A stretch of DNA of 64,000 nucleotides, taken from the NCBI GenBank assembly GCA_038237845.1, contig JBBRYH010000003.1, positions 80,483-144,482 of the forward strand, given 5' to 3'. Of the stretch, positions 19,906-29,459 are shown piece after piece. How positions within the stretch are numbered: the stretch's first letter is position 1; each line of letters starts with the position of its first letter. A model generated the notes under the pieces. The model did not search any database and was not told where the DNA came from. It was given only the letters and a program-made list of their open reading frames with translations. This DNA comes from Bacteroidia bacterium. GTDB taxonomy: Bacteria > Bacteroidota > Bacteroidia > Palsa-965. The position numbers were made by a program, and so were the translations under genes.

Positions 19906-21324
19906 ATGCGGAATGGTATTGTTGTCGTGATTTTATTCCTGTTGATTATCGCATCTCAATCTGGTTGTCGAAAAGATCCATTGAATGAAGATTCTTCAGC
20001 AAAACTTGAGTTTTCGGAGGATACAATTGTATTTGATACTGTATTCACGACTGTTGGTTCTGCCACTCGCCAATTCAAAGTTTATAATCGAGATAGGAAA
20101 GCTGTAAGAATAACTTCCATCAAATTGGCCGGCGGTAGTTCTTCCAATTTCCATTTAAATATCGATGGTGTTCCTTCTGTAAGTACTGGAGATATTTTAC
20201 TTAGAGGAGAAGACAGTATGTATGTCTTTGTGGATGTAGATGTTGATCCTAATAATGCTGCTTCTCCCTTGATGATTGAAGATTCTATAGAATTTGAAAC
20301 GAATGGGAATCACCAACAGATTATTTTAAATGCAGTTGGGCAAGATGCTTATTTCCACTACAACCAATATTTAACCTGCAATGAAATTTGGACGAACGAC
20401 AAACCACACGTTATTTATGGTTATGCCGTAATACCTTCGTGTTGTTCTCTCACTTTGATGCCAGGAACAAGAGTTTATGTTCATAATAATGGCGTTTTAG
20501 CTGCCGATTCATGTGCTACATTAAAAATTTTAGGCTCTTCTTCTAATCCAGTAACTTTTCAAGGAGATCGTTTAGAACCTGAATATGCTGATGAACCTGG
20601 TCAGTGGAATTTCATTTGGCTATCGACACAAAGTCACGATAATATTATTGATTGGGCAGTCATAAAAAATGGAAATGTTGGAATCTTATGTGACAGCACC
20701 TATACAGCTTCTACAAATCCGACGGTAAAAATTACCAATACACGGATCATGAATATGGCGTTAGCGGGAATATACGGCCGTGATTCTTGGGTTGAAGGTG
20801 ACAATGTTGCAGTTTCTAATTGTGCTCAATACTGTGTAGCAATCGCATATGGCGGAAAATGTAAATTCAGACATTGCAGTTTTGGTGATTATTGGAATAT
20901 TGATACAAGAACAACACCTTGTGTTTTATTAAATAACTGGTATAAAATAAATGACGCCCTAAATAATTATAGAGATCTTACTCAAGCTGAATTTTATAAT
21001 TGCATCATTTATGGTCCACTTGACAATGAATTAGCATTGGATTCAAATGCCGCTGCACCTACACAGTTTAATTATTTCTTCAAGAATTGTGTGATTAAAA
21101 CCGATGTAAACACTTCAAACACTGTTTATTTTCAAAACAATCGAATCAATCTTGACCCGGTTTTTCATGATCCAATTTTAAATGATTTGCATCTCAATGT
21201 TATCTCATCTGCAAAGGATTTTGGAGATTCATCTATTGGAATATTAATTCCTTTTGATCTTGGCAATATGAATCGTACCCTCGACGGTTTTCCGGATATC
21301 GGCGCCTATGAATATCAGCCATAG
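19906..21324 (+). CDS. hypothetical lipoprotein, probably a right-handed parallel beta-helix
   Basis: The longest ORF starts at 19834. A lipoprotein-type signal (MRNGIVVVILFLLIIASQSGC) supports the ATG at 19906. The body is rich in short N/G/T-containing repeats typical of pectin-lyase-like beta-helices. I could not assign a family. Confidence 0.4.
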   Translation: MRNGIVVVILFLLIIASQSGCRKDPLNEDSSAKLEFSEDTIVFDTVFTTVGSATRQFKVYNRDRKAVRITSIKLAGGSSSNFHLNIDGVPSVSTGDILLRGEDSMYVFVDVDVDPNNAASPLMIEDSIEFETNGNHQQIILNAVGQDAYFHYNQYLTCNEIWTNDKPHVIYGYAVIPSCCSLTLMPGTRVYVHNNGVLAADSCATLKILGSSSNPVTFQGDRLEPEYADEPGQWNFIWLSTQSHDNIIDWAVIKNGNVGILCDSTYTASTNPTVKITNTRIMNMALAGIYGRDSWVEGDNVAVSNCAQYCVAIAYGGKCKFRHCSFGDYWNIDTRTTPCVLLNNWYKINDALNNYRDLTQAEFYNCIIYGPLDNELALDSNAAAPTQFNYFFKNCVIKTDVNTSNTVYFQNNRINLDPVFHDPILNDLHLNVISSAKDFGDSSIGILIPFDLGNMNRTLDGFPDIGAYEYQP

Positions 21325-21426
21325 TTGCTTTATAAATCAACTTCGTTAAATTTATCCGATTACAAGCACTTAACTACCGACTATATTACTTACCTATAGT
21401 TAGGTTTGTATTCCAAAATCAGGAGT

Positions 21427-21894
21427 ATGAACCGAATTGCTTTATTTATTTTTTCAGGGATAATTCTTACAACTTTTTTTTCTTGTTCTACGAAACCTTC
21501 TACCGAATCAATTGAAGATCCAAACACAGAAAAATTCTCTAGCTACTTAATGAGAAATTTTGAAGATAGCATCCCCTTCGAAAATCACCTCTTTATTTTA
21601 ATAACGGCAAAAGATTCACCTCAAAATATCATCCCAATATTAAGTCGATTAAAAAATGAAATGAGTGGAATTCCAAAAACTAAATACACCATGATCTTCA
21701 GTTCTGCCATTCAATTACCCGACTCACTCAAACCAAAGTCAGGTTCGTATACCGATTGGAATTTGGAAATTGACAAACTGGATTTGAATTTAGCAGGGGT
21801 TTCCATTATCAAAACTTCAAATAACCGCATCCAAGAGCAATTAGTCTTAGATAAAGATGTGTTCGGTATGGAAAAGAAAATTCTGTCTTGGTAG
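21427..21894 (+). CDS. hypothetical small lipoprotein
   Basis: Signal/lipobox MNRIALFIFSGIILTTFFSC. About 155 aa. No recognisable domain. Confidence 0.35.
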   Translation: MNRIALFIFSGIILTTFFSCSTKPSTESIEDPNTEKFSSYLMRNFEDSIPFENHLFILITAKDSPQNIIPILSRLKNEMSGIPKTKYTMIFSSAIQLPDSLKPKSGSYTDWNLEIDKLDLNLAGVSIIKTSNNRIQEQLVLDKDVFGMEKKILSW

Positions 21895-21895
21895 T

Positions 21896-22939
21896 TTAGA
21901 AAAAGCTGGGTTTAGCCATTCTTGTATTCTGAGCGCTATAAATTCCAGTATAAATCAGCATAAATTCCAAGGCACCTTTGCCTTTACTAACTGCTGTCAA
22001 TCCTGAAATATTCAAATCATAATTAAAAGCAGCACCGATTGCGCCGAAATCGATTCTAACATAACCTGTCATCGCATCTTTTAAACGATACATTGCACCA
22101 ATAGAAAATGCTCTGTCGTTCTGAAAGGCAGTATAATGGGAACGATCTTGCAATTTATATTTAATACCTGCACCCATATTAATAATTCGTGCTGGCCCTT
22201 GTTGAACAAATTGCAATTGTGGAAGTAACCACGCATTCGAATTTTCCCCTAATGCAACTTGCGCGGAATAATGCAGCCCGATTTTCATATACAACTTATC
22301 TTTTCCTCCTAGGAATTCAATCTCCGGTCTACTAAGGTGAGCAACAGAAAGTCCACCGCTCATCTTAAATCGATCATTCGCAACTGATGAGATGGCAACT
22401 CCAGTTGCATAATCCCCAAATAAATAATGGTCGTTGGGCAAACTTGTTTCACCACTCGCTAAAGTTGCATCATAAAGCAACCCGTTAAATTGACTATCCC
22501 AACTTGAACTTCCTAGATTGATACTACGTTGCCCCATCCCCAGCTGAAGTCCAACAGAAAAGAAAGTCGCCCCTACTCCATCCAATGATTTATTATAAGA
22601 ACCACTAACTGAAAACTGATTATTCACCAAACTTGTACTGCCTGCTTTATCTGCATTTACATTCAATCCAATAGCAAAAAAATCCGGACTTGATTTATGC
22701 TTATCATGTTTTACTAAAGGCATATCGGCACCAAACGAATAAGTGGAATATGGTTTAGCCGAAATACTCCCCCATTGCATTCTATAATTATTAATAACAC
22801 GCAAATCACCTGTAAAATTTCCAGTTAATGCAGGATTAAGAGACAGCGGCGCCATTGCAAACATTGAATAATGGAAATCCTGCGCATTTAAAAAAGCGGT
22901 CATTCCAAAAACGGCAAAACAAATTAATATTCGTTTCAT
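21896..22939 (-). CDS. PorP/SprF-family T9SS outer-membrane protein
   Basis: 347 aa. Family N-terminal signature QDFHYSMFAMAPLSLNPALTGNFTGDLRVINNYRMQWGSI. It lies immediately downstream (13-nt gap) of a type-B CTD cargo gene, which is the canonical cargo/PorP-SprF arrangement. Confidence 0.8.
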   Translation of the reverse strand: MKRILICFAVFGMTAFLNAQDFHYSMFAMAPLSLNPALTGNFTGDLRVINNYRMQWGSISAKPYSTYSFGADMPLVKHDKHKSSPDFFAIGLNVNADKAGSTSLVNNQFSVSGSYNKSLDGVGATFFSVGLQLGMGQRSINLGSSSWDSQFNGLLYDATLASGETSLPNDHYLFGDYATGVAISSVANDRFKMSGGLSVAHLSRPEIEFLGGKDKLYMKIGLHYSAQVALGENSNAWLLPQLQFVQQGPARIINMGAGIKYKLQDRSHYTAFQNDRAFSIGAMYRLKDAMTGYVRIDFGAIGAAFNYDLNISGLTAVSKGKGALEFMLIYTGIYSAQNTRMAKPSFF

Positions 22940-22951
22940 AATTGAAATTTT

Positions 22952-25411
22952 TTATCGCACTAATGAAACATCACCTTTTAAAGTTTGTGTTGTAGCATTA
23001 TAAAAAACAGCTGTCGCAAACCATGTATAAACTCCAGTATTCATATCCTTTCCTCTGAATGAACCATCCCAGCCTTCATTGACACTTGAACTTTCAAAAA
23101 CCTTTTCTCCAAAACGATCATACACTTGAAAAGTCAATTCTTTTATTCCTGCCCCACGAACAAACAATTCGTCATTATGTCCATCTCCATTCGGAGAAAA
23201 AGCACTTGGTACAAAAATCGAATACGCTTCAATAACGTCAACTGTAACAGTATCAGTAACCGTGCATCCATTTGCATCAGTAAAGGTGACTGTATAAGTT
23301 GTAGTTACAGTAGGACTTGCAACAGGGTTTTGAATATTACTATTATTTAAACCTGTTGGTGGTAACCAAGAATATGAACCTACTCCACCTGTTGCATTTA
23401 ATTGTGTGCTATTGCCAATTGCGATGGTGGTATAAGGACCCGCATTTACAGTTGGCGTTGCACCAACATTGATAATATTTGTCATCACAATTGTATCTGT
23501 TCCAAATGCATTTGTAGAAATTAAGGTAACAGAATAATTTCCCGGATTATTATAACAGATATTGGTTGGATTTTGTGCTGTAGAACTTGATGGTGTTGCT
23601 CCTGGAAAACTCCAAGACCAACCTGTTGGTGTACCTGTACTAAGATCATTAAAATTAATACAACTCGATTCGCATATTGAATTATCACTTGCACTTAAAG
23701 CTGCAACAGGAGTAGCACAAACATTGACAGTAATGGTAACATTTGAAGTAGCTGTACATCCATTGGCATCTGTAACTGTCAAGGTATAAGTTGTAGTTGT
23801 TGCCGGAGTTACAGATACACTACTTCCCGTAAGGTTACCTGGTTGCCAATTATAAGTTGTGCCACCCGAACCATTTAATGTGGTAGTTTGACCTGTACAA
23901 ATGGATGCGTTAGGTCCAGCATTTGCATTCGGAGAAGGATTAACAACGATGTAAGCAGTTTTAGTCAAGGTTCCATTTCCATTTGCATTAGTAGAAACCA
24001 AAGTGACTGCAAAACTTCCTGCTGTTGGATAACATATATTAGTCGGATTCTGCGCAGATGAAGTTGTTGTTGATGCTCCGGTAAAAGTCCAAGTCCAACT
24101 GCTTGGCGAGTTCGAACTGAAATCAGTAAAATTGATACAATCTCCTATACAAATAGAAGAGTCACTTGCAATAAAACCAACTTGAGGTACACTGCAAGGT
24201 TGGACAGTTACCGTTACTTGGGCGGTATTTGTGCATCCAGCAACGCTAGTAGCCGTTACGGTATAAGTTGTTGTAACGGCTGGTGAAACAATAACAGGGC
24301 TTCCCACCAAAGCACCAGGATTCCACAAATAAGTTGAAGCACCTGAAGCATTTAGTGTAGAGTTTTGTCCTACACAAATTGTAGTTGGTGAAGCTGAAAC
24401 AATAATATTAGGTGCAGGATTAACAGTGATAACTACCGTACTACTACTACTTCCATTTGCATTTGTTGCCGTTAGCGTAACTGTATAGGTTCCAGCAGTT
24501 GCCCAAGTAACACCGAGAACATTTTGAGCAGTCGAAGAAGCAGGAGTTCCACTTGGGAAAGTCCAAGCCCAACTCGTAGGTGCTCCTGAAGAATTATCTG
24601 TAAAATTTACAGGTGTTCCAATACAAGTATTTGTTGTGGATGCAATGATTGCTGCTGCTGGCGCAATTACTGCACCTGTACTTAATGTAACATCATCTAC
24701 AGCGAATGAAGGGTCATTTCCAACTCCATCATCATTATTAACCCAACGAAAACCAATTTTTACATTCGCATTATTATTAGCAGAGGCAGGCAAACCAACT
24801 GAGTAGGCTGTCCATTTACCCTGTCCAAAACATGATGCATTATTTGTAGCAGTAGGAACGGAGATTTGCGACCAAGTTACTCCGTCAAAATACCAAATGG
24901 TTACTTCATCATTTGGAAGGGATCCACCTTCCATGTAAGCAAAAGAAAGTGTAATGGTGTTTTGTCCTGTGCAATTGATGGTTGGAGACTCAACTCTTTT
25001 ATCAGTGATCATTGCTCCTGAAGCCGGACCTGCATCATAAGCAGCACCACAATCTCCACTGGGACAGAAAAAAGCAGAAGCAGGAGAATTTGCAATATTA
25101 GCAATGTGTAAAGATCGATTAGTTAATGCACCATTTGAAAGACAACCATTTCCACAATTTCCAATTCCCATTCCTGCTTCGGTAGCGCTTATAAACCAAT
25201 CATTAGCGGAAGTTCCATTGGCAGAAGGTAAAGTAACAGTCCAACTTCCATTCGGTCCAACATAAGCAGGCACTAATTGCCCTTGATTACAACCAATACC
25301 AAAATTTTCAGTCCAGAAAATCTGCGCATTTGCATTGCTTGTGAAAAACAGGGAAAACAGAAACAGTAAAAATAAATTTCTCACACTAAATTCAGAGGAA
25401 AGGTGTTTCAT
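22952..25411 (-). CDS. large secreted PKD/Ig-like repeat protein with gliding-motility-associated (T9SS type-B) C-terminal domain
   Basis: 819 aa. Signal peptide. Three PKD-like repeats (CIGTPVNFTDNSSGAPTSWAWTF; CIGDCINFTDFSSNSPSSWTWTF; CESSCINFNDLSTGTPTGWSWSF). C-terminal type-B CTD: FVPSAFSPNGDGHNDELFVRGAGIKELTFQVYDRFGEKVFES...GWDG... Confidence 0.8.
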   Translation of the reverse strand: MKHLSSEFSVRNLFLLFLFSLFFTSNANAQIFWTENFGIGCNQGQLVPAYVGPNGSWTVTLPSANGTSANDWFISATEAGMGIGNCGNGCLSNGALTNRSLHIANIANSPASAFFCPSGDCGAAYDAGPASGAMITDKRVESPTINCTGQNTITLSFAYMEGGSLPNDEVTIWYFDGVTWSQISVPTATNNASCFGQGKWTAYSVGLPASANNNANVKIGFRWVNNDDGVGNDPSFAVDDVTLSTGAVIAPAAAIIASTTNTCIGTPVNFTDNSSGAPTSWAWTFPSGTPASSTAQNVLGVTWATAGTYTVTLTATNANGSSSSTVVITVNPAPNIIVSASPTTICVGQNSTLNASGASTYLWNPGALVGSPVIVSPAVTTTYTVTATSVAGCTNTAQVTVTVQPCSVPQVGFIASDSSICIGDCINFTDFSSNSPSSWTWTFTGASTTTSSAQNPTNICYPTAGSFAVTLVSTNANGNGTLTKTAYIVVNPSPNANAGPNASICTGQTTTLNGSGGTTYNWQPGNLTGSSVSVTPATTTTYTLTVTDANGCTATSNVTITVNVCATPVAALSASDNSICESSCINFNDLSTGTPTGWSWSFPGATPSSSTAQNPTNICYNNPGNYSVTLISTNAFGTDTIVMTNIINVGATPTVNAGPYTTIAIGNSTQLNATGGVGSYSWLPPTGLNNSNIQNPVASPTVTTTYTVTFTDANGCTVTDTVTVDVIEAYSIFVPSAFSPNGDGHNDELFVRGAGIKELTFQVYDRFGEKVFESSSVNEGWDGSFRGKDMNTGVYTWFATAVFYNATTQTLKGDVSLVR

Positions 25412-25468
25412 GATGAAGTTGTTAGCCAGCTACAAAATACGAAAATTTATGTAGGAAGTTTCAAAAAG

Positions 25469-26515
25469 CTAGCTCAGTTCAATCAAAAATTTCAACACAT
25501 CTACTCCATCTGCATAATCTAAAGGACCTGTTTTTTGAGAATTCCCAATTTGAATGGAATTCTTTATGTCCCTTGAATTACCAATGAGACATTGAATTTT
25601 ATCTTCCAAATTAGAAAGTTTTGTATTCAAATCTTCCTTAGAATAATAATATTCATAAAATAGTACTCCAGGAGGAGATGAAATTCCAGCATCTTCTTTT
25701 ATTAATAAAAAATTATTATCCAACAGAGGAATTGAACTCAATAAATACAAGGTTTTATGATAATCGTAATTATTCATGTATTTATTATTCTGAAGTATCG
25801 TCGATCCCCATGGATAGATCGATTCAAAAAACAAATTGAAATTGTAATTTTCAGGAACAAAAAGTTTTGTAACATTCCTACATCCCAATCCGAAATACCT
25901 GAAAATATCTTCTCCTAATCGTGAAAGTTCTTCACCACTTTCCTTTCCGGTAAGTACTGCAACGCCATTACGATTCCCCCTTATAATATTCGGATATTTG
26001 GAAAAGAAATGTTTAAAATATTCCGCCGAATTATTGCTCCCAGTTGCTATAATCGCATCAATTCCTCGAAGTGGTCCTTCCGTAAACTCAACAAACTCAG
26101 AAAAACGAGGTTCAATTTCAATTAATATTTCATTTAATAATGGCATTAGCAAAATGTCATCTGAAGCCAATTTCCCTATGAATTTATTTCCTGAAATCAA
26201 TACACATCGAAAATCATCGAATCCAACCATTGGGATATTTCCCGCCAAAATAACGCCGACTGTTTTGTGCTTATTATTTTCATTTATAGAATATCCTTCT
26301 ATCCAGGAAGTCATTCTTTGTGAACTCAAACCTTCACTTAGAATTTGCAAACGGTGAATTACATTTTGTTCCGTAAACCAACCGTTTCGATGATGTATTT
26401 CTGGTATTAGTGCATCCAGTTTTTTTCCACCAGAAGTTATTGCCTGATGGTTAAGGACATTTGAAATTTCTTCTCCGAGTTTTATAAATGCCTCAATTCG
26501 TTCTTTAAGATTCAT
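25469..26515 (-). CDS. acyl-CoA reductase (LuxC-like) family protein
   Basis: 348 aa. Overall similarity to the LuxC-type acyl-CoA reductase family. The conserved Bacteroidota context (divergent to a 2[4Fe-4S] ferredoxin and next to the serC-serA operon) supports the call. Confidence 0.5.
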   Translation of the reverse strand: MNLKERIEAFIKLGEEISNVLNHQAITSGGKKLDALIPEIHHRNGWFTEQNVIHRLQILSEGLSSQRMTSWIEGYSINENNKHKTVGVILAGNIPMVGFDDFRCVLISGNKFIGKLASDDILLMPLLNEILIEIEPRFSEFVEFTEGPLRGIDAIIATGSNNSAEYFKHFFSKYPNIIRGNRNGVAVLTGKESGEELSRLGEDIFRYFGLGCRNVTKLFVPENYNFNLFFESIYPWGSTILQNNKYMNNYDYHKTLYLLSSIPLLDNNFLLIKEDAGISSPPGVLFYEYYYSKEDLNTKLSNLEDKIQCLIGNSRDIKNSIQIGNSQKTGPLDYADGVDVLKFLIELS

Positions 26516-26594
26516 TCTAATTTATTTGCCGTATTATTTGAAAATAATTTATTTAAATTTGCAGGCCCAAAATTACTAAGAAGCGGGTTACACT

Positions 26595-26942
26595 ATGGCA
26601 ATTAAAATAACTGACGAATGTATCAATTGCGGCGCATGTGAGCCGGAATGTCCGAACAATGCAATTTACGAGGGAGGTTCTGAATGGCGTTTTGCTGATG
26701 GAACAACCGTAAAAGGAGCTTTCACTTCAAAAACAGGAATTTCATCAGATGCTGATGATGCACACGAGCCTGTTAGTATGGATTTATATTACATTGTTAC
26801 TGATAAATGCACTGAATGTGTTGGTTTTCACGATGAGCCGCAATGTGCTGCTGTTTGTCCTGTGGATTGTTGTGTCGACGATGAAAACCACAGAGAATCA
26901 AAAGAAGAATTATTGGCAAAAAAGGCAACCTTACATGCCTAG
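26595..26942 (+). CDS. 4Fe-4S dicluster ferredoxin
   Basis: 115 aa. Two cluster motifs: CINCGACEPECP and CTECVGFHDEPQCAAVCPVDCC. Confidence 0.85.
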   Translation: MAIKITDECINCGACEPECPNNAIYEGGSEWRFADGTTVKGAFTSKTGISSDADDAHEPVSMDLYYIVTDKCTECVGFHDEPQCAAVCPVDCCVDDENHRESKEELLAKKATLHA

Positions 26943-26965
26943 TTTATTTTTCACATAAATTAAGG

Positions 26966-27000
26966 AAATGCCGACTTATAAAAGGGTCGGCATTTTCATT
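26966..27000 (+). terminator. rho-independent terminator after the ferredoxin gene
   Basis: AATGCCGAC-ttataaaag-GTCGGCATT hairpin followed by a TTCATTT tail. Confidence 0.6.
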
Positions 27001-27061
27001 TGGGTGTATCTTTATACACTATTGACACAAACTTTCACGTTATAGAATCAGCGGTCATCTT

Positions 27062-28054
27062 ATGAATTTAAGAATTATATTCTTTTTGCTGCTGATTCCA
27101 TTTTTAGGTTTCTCTAAGCCTAAACTCGTGGATCAGAAACAACTCATTAAATATGAGGATTCGCTAAAAAAAATAGGTCCTGCAATGTTTTGTGGCACTG
27201 ATCAGGATAAACTCATCGCCAATAAAAAATTCATTGATCTTCTTCGCATTGCCATCAACTTAGAAGGCGCATTTGACTTTCCTTTTGATTCTCTTAAATT
27301 TCTTGCAAACCTTAAATCGCCAGACAATGCGATTCGCATTTTTAATTGGGATATTCCGAAAAATGACGGAAGCTATATGTATTATGGTTTTCTCATTGTA
27401 GATGAATCAAAAACTGGTCCTCAGAAAAAAAACGAGGAAAATAAATTCAGCATTTACGAATTAAATGATAAATCAGCAGAAATTAGAAATGCAGAACTTG
27501 CTGTTTTGTCCTGCGAAAAATGGTTTGGAGCACTTTATTATAAAATCATTGTCACAGAAGACAAGGACAAAAAATATTATTCTATTCTCGGATGGGATGG
27601 CAATAATAATTTGACATGGAAAAAAATCATTGATGTTATTACATTCGGAAAAGATGGCAAACCTATTTTTGGTGAAAAAAATCTTTTTGTTCGTGGCAGA
27701 ACCAGTTCTAAACGAGTAATTTTTGAGTTTCGTGCCGAAGTTTCTATGACTTTACGATACGAAGACGACAAAAAAAGAATCGTTTATGATCACCTCGCAC
27801 CTGAGGTAAGCGGAGCTGAAGGAATGTATCAATTTTATTCGCAGACATTTGTTTATGATTCCTTCGAATGGAAAAAAGGAAAATGGCAAATCAAAGAAGA
27901 TATTGATGCGAGGAATAATAAGTCTAAGAAGGACAATGAATACACGAATCCAACCGGTGATCAGAATGCTAATTCAAACGGCACCACTAGTAAAGCTCCG
28001 CCCGTTACCACCAAACATGGATTTTTCTATAAGCTCTTTCATAAGAAACCTTAG
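27062..28054 (+). CDS. hypothetical secreted protein with Lys-rich C-terminus
   Basis: 330 aa. Signal peptide MNLRIIFFLLLIPFLGFS. No recognisable family. Low-complexity K/N/T-rich tail. Confidence 0.4.
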   Translation: MNLRIIFFLLLIPFLGFSKPKLVDQKQLIKYEDSLKKIGPAMFCGTDQDKLIANKKFIDLLRIAINLEGAFDFPFDSLKFLANLKSPDNAIRIFNWDIPKNDGSYMYYGFLIVDESKTGPQKKNEENKFSIYELNDKSAEIRNAELAVLSCEKWFGALYYKIIVTEDKDKKYYSILGWDGNNNLTWKKIIDVITFGKDGKPIFGEKNLFVRGRTSSKRVIFEFRAEVSMTLRYEDDKKRIVYDHLAPEVSGAEGMYQFYSQTFVYDSFEWKKGKWQIKEDIDARNNKSKKDNEYTNPTGDQNANSNGTTSKAPPVTTKHGFFYKLFHKKP

Positions 28055-28195
28055 AAATTCTTTTTCTTAAAATCTCATTTTACTTTTTTTGGCAAATAAT
28101 AATTCCGCGCATTTATGGAATTATGGTCGCTTGTTAATCTTTCTCAAAACAAGCATAAGCGACCACTAATGGCGTTTATGTCAAAACGCTAAACC

Positions 28196-29278
28196 ATGAA
28201 AAACTTCCGCACAATCCTCCCGGCAATATTGCTCACAGGAATTTTTATTTATTCCTGTAATGCTGACCATGCTCCTTACGATGGTGGTCAAGCTTATGAA
28301 TCAAAAAAAACTGATTCAATTTCATCAACATCATATGCATACAGTCCACCTAGTGGGAACGAAAAAAATCGATCTGTTTCAGGAAATGCTGATGGAAGTT
28401 TTAATAACAAACCTTTAGGCGCATCAAAAGTTTCGTCGAATGATATTCCTAATGATCAAACCGAAAATAATAACAATGAATTTCAACAGTTTTTATATCT
28501 GATGCAATCCAATGTTGCAAGACCAACAAAACTGGATAGTACACATCGCTTTATAAGAACTGCTGACATTCGATTCAAAGTGAAAAATGTTGCAAGCACC
28601 TCCTATAAAATTGAAAATATTGTTTCCCGTTTAGGTGGTTATGTTGCCGATACAAAGTTGAACAGCCAACTTATTTCTAGTGATGAAAAACCAGTCAGCA
28701 TTGATTCTTCTTTACAAACTTTGCGTTATTTGGTTTCAAATACAATTGTCATTCGTATCCCTGTTGAAAATCTAGATACTACCTTAAAATCATTTGTACA
28801 ATTCATCGAATATCTAGATTACCGAAATGTAAATACAAACGATATTACCCTTGATTTGTTTGCAAATAGACTTGCTCAAGCTCGCATAGCTAAATTCAAT
28901 CAACGTCTTGCTTTTAATGTTGACAATAAACCAAACAAACTTGCAGATGCCCAAACAGCTGAAGAAAGCATGTTGCATCAGCAAGAAAATTCGGACAATG
29001 CATTAATTGAAAATCTTAGAAAAGATGATCAAGTTAAATACAGCACAATTACGCTTAACATTTATCAACCCCAAACCATTCGTCAAGAGTTGATCGCACG
29101 AGAAAGAAACATTGATGAATATGAACCAGGATTAGGAAGCAAAATGGCTTCTTCATTGTCCACTGGATGGCATGGTCTACAGATTATAATTCTTGGATTT
29201 ATTAGTCTTTGGCCACTTTGGTTAATCGGAGCAGGCTTGTATTATGTGATAAGACGTGTTTTAAAGAAGAATAAATAG
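28196..29278 (+). CDS. hypothetical lipoprotein with C-terminal transmembrane anchor (DUF4349-like architecture)
   Basis: 360 aa. Lipoprotein signal ...LTGIFIYSC. Long polar N/S/T-rich linker. C-terminal TM helix IIILGFISLWPLWLIGAGLYYVI followed by basic residues. Confidence 0.4.
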   Translation: MKNFRTILPAILLTGIFIYSCNADHAPYDGGQAYESKKTDSISSTSYAYSPPSGNEKNRSVSGNADGSFNNKPLGASKVSSNDIPNDQTENNNNEFQQFLYLMQSNVARPTKLDSTHRFIRTADIRFKVKNVASTSYKIENIVSRLGGYVADTKLNSQLISSDEKPVSIDSSLQTLRYLVSNTIVIRIPVENLDTTLKSFVQFIEYLDYRNVNTNDITLDLFANRLAQARIAKFNQRLAFNVDNKPNKLADAQTAEESMLHQQENSDNALIENLRKDDQVKYSTITLNIYQPQTIRQELIARERNIDEYEPGLGSKMASSLSTGWHGLQIIILGFISLWPLWLIGAGLYYVIRRVLKKNK

Positions 29279-29283
29279 AAAAA

Positions 29284-29361
29284 AGGGTATTTGAGAACTG
29301 TAGATTAGGAAGCCATTTGGTTAGTCAAAATACTGATTTTGCCCTAGTTAACTCAAATACC
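29284..29361. repeat. 11-bp perfect inverted repeat (GGGTATTTGAG ... CTCAAATACCC) enclosing a small inner hairpin
   Basis: Arms at 29284-29294 and 29351-29361. The inner GTCAAAAT-actg-ATTTTGCC stem-loop lies between them. It sits between the DUF4349-like gene and serC. Confidence 0.4.
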
Positions 29362-29459
29362 CTAATTTCCAACCCTCTTCAATCACTTTCTCATCTCTAT
29401 TGAGTAATTTTGGAAGCTTAGAAACATAAACTATGTCTACTTCCACTCTTCTCAAGAAA

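Noticed and set aside
21421-21429. AGGAG immediately upstream of the ATG at 21427 as a Shine-Dalgarno site
   Set aside because: Bacteroidota generally do not rely on SD pairing, and the spacing (1 nt) is too short. It is treated as coincidental.
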